A stretch of 64,000 bases of DNA. It comes from Veleropilina oligotropha (taxonomy: Eukaryota). How positions within the stretch are numbered: position 1 is the stretch's first letter; every line of letters begins with the position of its first letter. The notes under the pieces are model-generated. The model saw nothing but the letters and a program-made list of their open reading frames with translations. It was not told the origin of the DNA and ran no database searches. Both the position numbers and the translations under genes were made by a program. Shown here piece by piece: positions 35,301-47,300 of the stretch. The stretch spans positions 248,001 through 312,000 of the forward strand of contig JBEUKZ010000085.1 of NCBI GenBank assembly GCA_048128005.1, written 5' to 3'.

Positions 35301-38300
35301 GGATGGAACACCAGATAAAGCATATTATGGTATGTATATATGTGTACACAAAACATTTGGCGGATTGGAGTTCATTATGGATATGGCTAGTTGTTCATGT
35401 GCGTTGATGTGCAGGATGGTCATGATTGGTGAAATTCGCAGTTGCCCATAACTGACTGGCAAGGGTCGGTTTTTCTGGGTAACCAGGCATCCCCCTAACA
35501 AGATATATCGACATGTCCCGGTATGAAGAGTCCCTAGATAATGGACATTAACCGTTCGAGTGTTCACAGCCACGAATGTGGCTTTGACGTACAGTGCGTA
35601 GTGCCATGAATGTGGCTTCACGGACATAGCCATAGAAATACGGTGAAGCATACTTAATTTCTATCACACGTCTTGTACATGTATAATGTATTGGACGTCA
35701 TTTTGAGTAACATCTAATTTACAAAACAGTGTAAAAATATACACGAGCACTCAAACCGTTCAGTATCGATTCAGATGCAAAATCAACAAATTGTATATCG
35801 TAAGGGACTGAAATACTGAGCAGAACAGAAAATATTCAAGGGTTGTTCAATTGACAAAGTTTTCATTGTTTTCAATGTGATCAGGGAAATGTTAACACGT
35901 GCGCCATGACCTTGACAGTCACGCATGGTAGCTGATGCTCTGCTCCCACTCCAAAAATCGCGATGACCTTGACAGTCACGCATGGTAACTGGTGCTCCCT
36001 CTCCAATGATCGCGATGACCTTGAAAGTCACGCATGGTAGCTGATGCTCCCACTCCAATGATCACGATGACCTTGACAGTCACGCATGGTAGCTGATGCT
36101 CCCTCTCCAATGATCGCGATGACCTTGACAGTCATGCCTGATTGTTGATATATTCTCCTACTTCAATGTTTGCAATGATGGGGTGTGGCAAGGGTTATTA
36201 ATAATGTATATGAAGAATCCAGGTACAACTTTCATATATCAGTTTTATTCTTTAATTTCAAATTTTGTACAAATTACAATACAATATTATGTTAACGCAT
36301 TATTTATATCAATACAAATGGCTAAATCATTGTCATGACAGTTTCTTCTAATCCTCTGATTAAAAATCACCTGTGTCACATCTTCATTGTTCATTTTAAT
36401 GTTACCTGTCACGATGTGACTAATATAGAATTATTTGAAGTATATAATACTGGTGGCCATAATAAGAAGAACAGCTGTATCATAGCTGTGGTTAATCAGG
36501 AAATAGGAAGCAGGCTTCTGAGAAAATGCATTGTGGCAGACGTCACCCAAAACCATGATGGTTGCCATGCAAAGAGCAGTCTTCACTCCCCCTTCATACG
36601 ATGTGATGCCTAGACGACTGAGGATAGAAGTATATAGACCATTACATTTATTATGGAGACATATACTATAGCTTAAAGATGCTGAACCCGATTCAGTCTA
36701 GTTAAATGTGATTTAACACCATTTAATGTGACACTATCTGTATGTGTTCTTAGCAACAAGTTTGGATGGTTTTGTGATTAAGATATATTAATATTAATAA
36801 ATGTTGTAATTTCAATATTGACATAAAAGTACATGCACACCTAAATATTATTCAATATCGCCATTTGGAAATGGTGTCTCAGAAATGTTTTCTTTCATTA
36901 CATTTTCGCAAATTGTTAACCTAGTTAATTTAAATTATATAAAAGTGGGGTGTGCGTTTCTTGTTTGGTTGAGTATATTTTATGCTTCATCTATGTGTAA
37001 TAGATCTACATAATATAAATAACATGATTCACAATAAATAACATGATTCACCTAAATATTATTCAATATCGCCATTTAGAAATAGTGTCTCAGAAATGTT
37101 TTCTTTCATTACATTTTCGCAAATTGTTAACCTAGTTAAATTATATAAAAGTGGGGTGTGCGTTTCTTGTTTGGTTGAGTATATTTTATGCTTCATCTAT
37201 GTGTAATAGATATACGTAATATAAATAACATGATTCACTAGAAATATGATACCTATATTTTCATAGTGTAATCCATGTAATACTCACTTTATCGTATGGT
37301 CTACCACGGCTGCTAGGGCAGCATGGGATAGGAATAAAGACGGTAATGCCAACTTGCTGCTGGTCTTTTCAATTTCTTGAGGAGTTTTTCCAGGAAATGC
37401 TCCGTCCATCCACTTAGTACCAAATACATTTGGATTGAACCAGCAGAAACCCAAAGCTTCACTGCCCAGAAAGCCGACGACTGCTCCCAATACCATGTTT
37501 ACAGATATCTGTAGTAAAAAGTTAATTTCATTAAATATGCTAAGATATGAAATAGTTATATATTTTAATCGGGACAAACACTGTATGATTGTTGCTATGT
37601 TTAACTTGCAGCATTTTTTTTTAACTTCTGCCAATAATATAAATATTTAACTGAGAATTAACGATCCAACAATCTTTCAGTCAAGTTTGGTTTTGTAATA
37701 ACTATTGGTAAACTTTGTCAGCCATGTTTGCACATTGATTTTGAATCATCAGTTTTAACACTAATTATATTATTAGTATTTTATCTACTCTCAAGCAATA
37801 AACATGAACACCAATCAATATTGAACGAGACCTCATTAATCAGTCGAAGTTATAAATGTAATTACCTATAATCAATATTATACACTCAGCAACATTTAAA
37901 ACTTGACACTTCTTAAATTTGATGTATTTTTTTTGTTCTAAATCTGCTAGTGTGCATAAATTTGTAAATTATTCTAAGAAAATAAGCCATCTAACACATT
38001 GACGAAGAAAAATTGTTTTTTAATCAGTGATTTTTCAGACACAGTTGTTTGAATTGACACATCCTCAAAATTGAAGTTAACACAAACATGAATTAAAGAT
38101 TTGAAGAACGTCAGTAGCTATTATGACCACCACGAGCGTCCATTACTGCTACACATCGTCTCCTCATGGACTGCAGGACACGTCTGAACACTCGAACCGG
38201 AAGTCGGCGCCATTGGTGGATCAGATCCCTGCCAAGTTCCGGAAGTGTCTGTGGCTGTACCCGCTGCCTTCTCAACCTTCTGCCAAGCTCATCCCAGATG

Positions 38301-41300
38301 TGTTCAATGGGGTTGAGATCTGGAGAAAGTGATGGCCATTCTATGACGTCAACATTTGCAGCTTGAAGCAGGTTACATGTCAGTCTTGCAGTGTGCAGCG
38401 TAGCATTGTCATGTTGAAATGTGAGGCCAGGACCATGTTGTCTGTAGAAGGGCAACAAAACTGGATTGAGGACCTGATCCCTGTACTGTGCTGCCGTCAG
38501 ATTTCCTTGGATGACGATCAATAGTGTTCTGGCGTTAGCTGTGAATGTTCCCCAAACCATGACATTGCCACCTGCAAACCTGTCAATCTCCCTGACACAA
38601 GCTGACGCCACACCCTAACACGTCCATCAGTAAATCTGAGTGTGAAACAAGACTCGTCACTAAAGATGACTCTGTTCCACTGTCTCTGGGTGAATCTGAG
38701 GTGTTCTCGAGCCCATGCAACCCGCTGACGTCGATGGAGTGGAGTCGATATCAATCCTGTATACGGTCTTCGCGCTCGAAGGCCTGCAGCTCTAAGATGA
38801 TTTCTGATGTCACAAGACGTTGAAAGAGTTCTCTTGCACGTGCATTTCAAGAACAATCTGATCAAGATTCACGATTTTCAAACGGTTGTGTCATGGTCAG
38901 CAATGTTATGTTATTGATTTTGACATATCTTAAATTTTTTCGATTTTATTTAAAAAAAAACGTGTCAAGTTTTCATTTTGGCTAAGTATATGTCAAAAGG
39001 CAAATATACATTTTATGATTTAATTGCAGTAAAGTAGACTAAATACTTTTAAATTAAAATGTATGTAAAATACTACTGTTTTCACCATTTCAGCTAGCTA
39101 TTACTATAATGTGATGCAATAATTTGAATATGTAATGTTTATCCGAATTGCCTGCTATAACATGTATATAATAGATTGAAGCACCTTTCCTGTTTACACA
39201 GACAATAGTCAAATATCAATCAAATCAAACATGTAACCACTAGTCTTATATTCAGTATATGTAGTTTTGACCTTGAATGATTATAAAATTTATGTCTTCA
39301 GTGATGCTGTGATTACGTCCATGTTTCATATATGTGTGGTGGACCCATGTTTTACTTACTATGCAGTGAATAATGCAGGTACCTCACACTCCTGGCTGGG
39401 GTTACCTGTATATCTGCTGTGGAATGCCACTGTTCTCTGCCCTCTATCGATCACCTTTGATTCCCGCCACGGGTTATCAGTGATTTGCAGCGTAAAACAG
39501 TACCTCTATGATTTACCTCCGAGTGACCCAGGATTATTGTAAGGTGTTCCTTCTCATTGTGACCCAGATATTCCCCGGTCACTGTGATCAATCATCAAAT
39601 AGTTATAAATACCCTTAGAAACTGTATACAAGTTTGAATGCATTACCCAGTCAAGTGAGAGGAAGGAGGAATGATGCTTAATGTCCTGTATATTTACAAC
39701 ATCGAGGTTCAAGGCAGGACATGTCCGTGTTATCGCGGGAGGAAACCCCGGTCGCCCGGGTAAACCCGCCCTCTTCGGCCAGTCACGAACAACTGTGATT
39801 CATAACTTGAACAAATTTCAATGCCTCAGCCAGGTATTGAACCCACTACTGTTCGCATTAGCGGCCAGTGAATTTAGAGTGGACACTCTTACCCACTGCG
39901 CTGCCGAAGCGGCCCTCAAGTGAGAGAATTCCGAGAGAATTGAATAAATACATATACCAGTAAATCTGCAGCATCGGGAGACGAATTTCTAATATGGTAC
40001 AAGAATACTCCCGGACTTCTAAAACAGGATGTACATAGTAAAATATATTGTTCATGGTCCTATTGTAGGCATTTTGTACTTACTTTTAGGACTTTTTTTA
40101 AACAAAAATTTCCGACGTTTCGGCCATTATCGAATGGTCTTGGTCACGTGATGTCTGCTCTTGCGTAACTGCTGCTCAGGAATCATGTTGAGCTCCTGGC
40201 GGTAGATGGATTATATGAACATCTCGCACGTATCTTCAAATCACATGGCATCACCACCTACCACAAGCCGACCAACACCCTAAGATCTCATCTAGTACAT
40301 CCAAAGGACAAGACCCCCAAGGAAAACCAGTGTGGCATCATATATAACATCACATGTGACCAGGATACGAGCCACACATACATAGGAGAGACTAAACACA
40401 CTGGCCGCCGGGTTTAGAGAACACCGCGGCCTGGACAGGCCCACAGCGGTTGGGGATCACAGCGGTGCTGCGGGCCACTCTGTGTCGATTGATGGCGCCG
40501 AGGTTCTGGCGGAGAGGAGAGCTGGCTCAAACGGAAAATCGGAGGGTCGATCCATATCGTCCGCCGCGCGCCATCTGTGGGTGGGGACCGGGGATGCCGG
40601 CTGCCCGCCATCTACCGCCAGGTGATCAACATGATTCCTGAGCAGCAGTTACGCAAGAGCAAACATCACGTGACCAAGACCATTCGATAATGGCCGAAAC
40701 GTCAGACATTTTAGTTTAAAAAAAGTTCTAAAAGTAAGAAAAATACCTACAAGGATGTACATACATTTTGGTTAAAAAAATTATCTAAAGCCCCGTTAAC
40801 ATTTTGTTACGTGGCACAGTCTATGATGTAGATCTCTATACTAGTATTAAGATGTGTTATTGATTTATTTTCCAAGCTATCTTTTTTAATAATATCTTTA
40901 TTTAAAAAAAATTCAATTAACTGTTTCAAGATGAATTTGTCCAAAAATTTGATGTTTTCAGTGCAAGCACATAAGCGCTCCTTTTGTAGTTTCTTAATCA
41001 CTGTCTTAACGAAGTAAGGATGAACATGCTCAGTGTGACCTCTTTCTACCCTCTGATGATTCGCGATTGAATCTACTGTACTGTGAAATTATTCCGTTAT
41101 CGCCATAATGCTATTTCATGCTGTCATTAAATTGACAATTCATGTTTATAAGAAATAACATGTTTTATATATATATATAAACAAAAATTGGCCGACAGCA
41201 TTTAAAGATCCATTTTGCATATAAAACAAATTGTGAATTTGCAAAACAATGACACCTTCATGATATTTTCAGAAAATATTTGACTAATCACACTGCCCTT

Positions 41301-44300
41301 TAAGATGCACATTGGTTCCATCACTGGTAAACATCAAAGTAGCAGCCAAGTGTCCAGACGGCCTCATTTGTCTTATCAATTAGATCAATTAAGGTGGATA
41401 TGTTATTGTCTTCGCATTTCAGATAAAGTATGCACGTTGCTTCAGATATCGGGTCTGTGAGTTAGCGAGTGGTTACTGAAAGAGCGTAGTTCACAATCTT
41501 TGCTCGACTGTGGGTCATCGTTCTTTGAAATTTCTAGGCTGTAATCGTATTATTTTTATGACTGCCCCCAAATTTTGTTATATAAAATATATCTTGTAGT
41601 TGCTGATAATAATTAATGAAATTTAATTAATCAAATTTAAATATAGCGTCTTCGGTATCTAGTGGTTGGCTCATTTGAAGCTCCACTTAGACTGCTACGC
41701 ATTAACCTGTGTCATGAGTTCGAATCTTGCCAAAGGTTCATTCTAAAGCTTATATAATAAATTAGTAATTATAAAAGTAATAGGTCGGTAAGTAATATGA
41801 CTGTTCAAACACTTATTAAAGTGGTCATAATCCAAATGATACCATCCATCCATCAACTTTATAGTTGTGTTTTTTTAGTGCAATAATATATGAAAGTTGA
41901 CAAAACATAGTTACATTGACATATTTCATATTGAGAATGTACCAGGAAGATAATTTTAGGTTTCCTTTTTATACACTGCAAAATATGCTTCTAGTAAACA
42001 TTATCATTGCAATCGACTCCGTTTGTATGTATGTTCATTCGCATAACTCGAAAAATATTAATCCGTAATTTCCGGTTTACGGATTTTGGTCTGTGGCGTT
42101 AATACACTTTGTTGTACAAATGTCAAATTAGGTTCAAAATGTTATTTAGATCAATGACATCACCCAAGATGTCTGCCAAAATAATATAAAAATAGGGGAT
42201 CAATTTTTAATTCCCCAAAGCGAATTAAGTTGTGTAATGTGTACTGCAATTCATACTCCTGATGAAATTATATACCGAGTCAAAAAAGAAACTTCACATT
42301 CTTTCTTCTGGGCACTAAAAAAGAACAAGAGATGGTAAAATGGTTAAATTGTTATTATTTCATTGCTGAGATGTGTGTGATGTACTCGATACACTGACAG
42401 TGCCACAATCAGTTCCATTAGGCTACACCGCGGCGTTCCAAAACATGTGTATACAGAATGTCAAGTCACAAGAATAGAAATTCGAAATTTCTCAGTTCAA
42501 TATCGTGTATGGCCGCCTCGCGCATTCACCACTGCCAAACACCGTCTCCTCATCGACCGCCTGATGTTTGTGAACACGTGGTTGGGGATTCTGCGCCATT
42601 GCTCTTGCAAGGCAGCGCCAAGTTCCTGCAAATTCTGTGGTTGGTGTCTAAGACCACGAAGCCTTCTCCCAAGTGCATCCCAAACGTGCTCGATTGGATT
42701 AAGGTCAGGGGACCTTGATGGCCAGTCCATGACGTTGATTCCAGCGTTTTGAAGGAAATTTCGTGTCAACATCGCGGTATGCGGCAGCACATTATCATGC
42801 TGGAAATGTAGACCTGGGCCATGAGCCGCCATGAAAGGAACGAGTTCAGGGGTGAGCACCTGGTCGCGATAAGCAGCAGCTGTGATGTTTCCACGAATGA
42901 CCAGAAGTCGAGAACGGTTGTTCCCACAGAAAGCACCCCACACCATGCAACTTCCGCCTCCGAATATGTCCACTTCCTGCACACAACACTGGGCATACCA
43001 TTCACGACGTCGTCTCCAGACTCTATGCCTGCCGTCCGCGAATCTGAGGGTAAACCTTGATTCATCGCTAAAGACGACTCGATTCCAGTCTCTTTGGGTC
43101 CATCGGAGGTGACGTTGGGCCCACAGCAGACGTTGACGTCGATGAAATGGCGTAAATATTGGCCCACGATATGGACGTCGAGGATGGAGATTGGCAGCCC
43201 GCAACCGATTTCGAATGGTCTGTGAGGACAGTCGACCTCTAAACATCTCAGCCCTGGTTCGTGCAGCCGGCAGAAATCTGTCACGTAGGCGATGTAGGAC
43301 GATGTAACGGTCTTCTGCTCGTGACGTTACACGTGGACGACCCGACCTTGGGCGATCAGAAGTGGTGCCAGTTTCTTGTAGACGAATTCGCAAGTCATAC
43401 ACAGTACGACGGCTGCATCCCATTGCTCTTGCGACGTCAATAACTGATCTTCCCGCGTGTAACATGCCAACGGCACGTTCACGTTGCACATTTGACAATC
43501 GTGGCATTTAAAGTACCGTTAGAACCGTGGTTTAAAAGTGTTTTTTCAATTCCTGAGGCCAATGCAAACAAGTGCAAATGAAATCAACATCGATGTGAAG
43601 ATTACGTGACCGACTGCACGTGCAAAACCTGATTTGGCACTAACGTCATTTGCACGAGGAATGGATGAGTTTGAGGGGGGTTTGCTAACGTTTTTCTAGC
43701 GTCGAAAGATAGGGATCCCATTTCGGATACATAGATGTATCATCAGAGAAAAATTATTCATTACTTTTTCAAATTACATTTTGTGAAGTTTCTTTTTTGA
43801 CTCAGTATATTTATATCAGCAAAAAGATTTGAAGAATAATGTAAAATGCGAAATTTAAAAGCAATTTAGAAATCAACCAAATCAAATGGAACTAAGTAAG
43901 CTCAATACATGTAACTCGGTAACCACTGACAGTAGGAAGCTCAGATTTAAACACGTGACAAAGAGGGACAATATCTACATCCCAATATCAAATATTTATG
44001 TGTTAGAGCAAAGTTGAAGCATTCATGTTTATTCTGACGTTAAAATCGTCGAGAGGTTGCAATATTTCTAATAACTTTATACATATACTGTGATATACTT
44101 TACACCACTAAGCAAGGATACGGTAATCTACCTTTCCTGAAAATTTCAAGTGAATCCGTTACATAGCTAATTACCTTCGCCCACGTAGTGGTGAGAGAAG
44201 ATATTGCAATCGAGTCGGTTTGTCTGTCTGTCTATCTGCGAGCATATCTCGACAACCGTTGCTCCGATCAACTCAGTTTTTTCACATGCGGTAGGGCCCA

Positions 44301-47300
44301 CCCTACGCTCGGTCCTCCTCAAAGATGATTGGAATCGGATAGCGTCTATTATTACGCAAATTTCTAATTTTAAGACTAAACTCTATTCCTCTGTCGCTAA
44401 TCTGTATCAAAATACAATGTGTTGACATCGCTGTCAGAATTGACAAGTAAACTAAAGGTCATTTGTGCTGACCTCAGGCTCGCTCTGTGCTTGTTTGGTA
44501 AGATGCGTGTGCGACATGGAATTGATACCATACAGAGACCGTGATAGAATGTCATCCGAGCTGCTTGTTTGAACTGTTCTTGTTTGTTTTTGTTAAACAA
44601 ACCAATGAAACCACTGGCAAACAGTAGCGATTGCCTTTATTCAACATTCTAAAGTCATCGTAAAACAATGTTCTTTGACTATTATTCGCAGACATATATC
44701 ACCAGTATTCTTACCACCGGGGCGAAGGATTGCAATCTCGGGATTGTCTTGTTAGTTATTGCAAGTGTTGGTCCAGGGATGTTGTAGTCAGTGAGACCTT
44801 GGTTCGATCCTCGTTACCTCCAAAATATTTTATTTATTTTTTACTTCAGTTTTTGTTGAAATATAAAGATCGTAGATATTTCTGACTTTCATCACCGTGT
44901 TCCTTGGTGCCGGGGTGAGGGTGTGCCGTCTCCTCGGATTGCCGTTGTTCTGTATTCAATTTGTTTGAGAGAAATGTTAATATTCTATCCTTGGAAAATT
45001 TTGCTTTGAAATGTAATTCCTGGCACTATAATATATATTCATGTATGCAGGTGTGCTTGACAGCTGATGTATCTCAAATACTTTGTCAACACGTCAAGAT
45101 CCTCAAGGTTAAGATAGTCAATATCTTGATTACCGTAGCGAGCATGTCACATATAAGACTGGTCGACCCATGTCCAACGAGGACTTGTGTCAACTAATTA
45201 AAGCAACAAATATTGAGAATTTAACAGCACCAGTATGATATTAACATTTAATTATAATATTACAGAAGCTACATTGCAATCTTTCTCATATAGGCTTTTG
45301 TAAATGTAGTAATTCACATTTTATTTCTTAACATGCTAAAAGAAACTTGATTTGCTGTCCTATTGCTTCCTTCTGAACTAGATTCCACAAACACTGTTAT
45401 TGCCTACGTGGGGAAGAGCTGGAAGGCTATTATGAGAACAAGATGTCGAAAAAGCATTATTTGGTCACCCGTTTTTCCCCATAGAATTATTGTTTCATTG
45501 CCTTTCCGACATTTTTTCAGTTGGAAATATTAAATATGAAATAATCTCTTGGCATCTTTTTTGGTAGCTAATTGGTTGTGCCTGTATAATGCAATTTTAT
45601 TGTGTTTGTTATATTTAGTAGAGACATTATGATAATGACTTCTAGATTCGTGCCCCACTGGGTGACACCATGTATGTGTCTGGACGATGTGTCTTATATT
45701 CTAAATACAGTATTACCATTTATATCAATCAAAGCCGTCTCATCAACCATTAATTATATCATGTTACATGATATGCTCAATCAAAGCAGTCTCATCAACC
45801 ATTAATTATATCATGTTACATGATATGCTCAATCAAAGCGGTCTCATCAACCATTAATTATATCATGTTACATGATATGCTCAATCAAAGCAGTCTCATC
45901 AACCATTAATTATTGTTTTCTGAACTTATTGTTTGTGGACTCCGAAAATCCCTGGCTTGATATCAATAGCAGTAGGTTCGAATTTTGGTTGGGTTATGAC
46001 ATTATTTGTTCATAACTGGTCGGAGAAGGCGAGTATCACCGGGCTTTCCTCCCGCGATAATATGGACATGTCCTGTTGGTTGTAAATATACAGGACATTA
46101 AGCATCGATCCTTTTCTTACTTTCACTTTACTCTTTGAATTATTGAACACTGAATAATGTTGTTTACCTTGATAAATATCTAGTATAAATTAATAGGACT
46201 CTGTTACTAACAGTATAGGCCGCTTCGGTAGCGCAGTGGGTAGAGTGTCCACTCTAAATTCACTGGCTTGTTTCCGCTGACGCGAATAGTAGCGGGATCG
46301 ACCCCCGGCTGAGGCAGCACACATTTGTTCAAGTTATGAAGCACAGTTGTCCGTGACTGGCCGAAGAGGGCGGGTTTACCCGGCGACCGGGGTTTCCTCC
46401 CGCGATAACACGGACATGTCCTGCCTTGAACCTCGATGTTATAAACATACAGGACATTAAGCATAATTCCTCCTCCTCCACTAACAGTATATAGTATTTG
46501 CTTTTACAGGAGTAACTGCGACATTTCTGCTGCTAACATTCTTCGGCAACACTATGAGCGACCATATTTTCTGCCCAAGTCAGCCGAATCTAGTCGCACC
46601 GATTGGATCTTCATGGGGAGCCCGGGCTATGGGGCCCACTTGCATGTGAGTATGTTTAGTTAAGGGCTATGGGGCCCACTTGCATGTGAGTATGTTTAGT
46701 TAAGGGCTATGGGGCCCACTTGCATGTGAGTATGTTTAGTTAAGGGCTATGGGGCCCACTTGCATGTGAGTATGTTTAGTTAAGGGCTATGGGGCCCACT
46801 TGCATGTGAGTATGTTTAGTTAAGGGCTATGGGGCCCACTTGCATGTGAGTATGATTGGATCTTCATGGGGAGCCCGGGCTATGGGGCCCACTTGCATGT
46901 GAGTATGATTGGATCTTCATGGGGAGCCCGGGCTATGGGGCCCACTTGCATGTGAGTATGATTGGATCTTCATGGGGAGCCCGGGCTATGGGGCCCACTT
47001 GCATGTGAGTATGATTGGATCTTCATGGGGAGCCCGGGCTATGGGGCCCACTTGCATGTGAGTATGATTGGATCTTCATGGGGAGCCCGGGCTATGGGGC
47101 CCACTTGCATGTGAGTATGATTGGATCTTCATGGGGAGCCCGGGCTATGGGGCCCACTTGCATGTGAGTATGATTGGATCTTCATGGGGAGCCCGGGCTA
47201 TGGGGCCCACTTGCATGTGAGTATGTTTAGTTAAGGGCTATGGGGCCCACTTGCATGTGAGTATGATTGGATCTTCATGGGGAGCCCGGGCTATGGGGTG

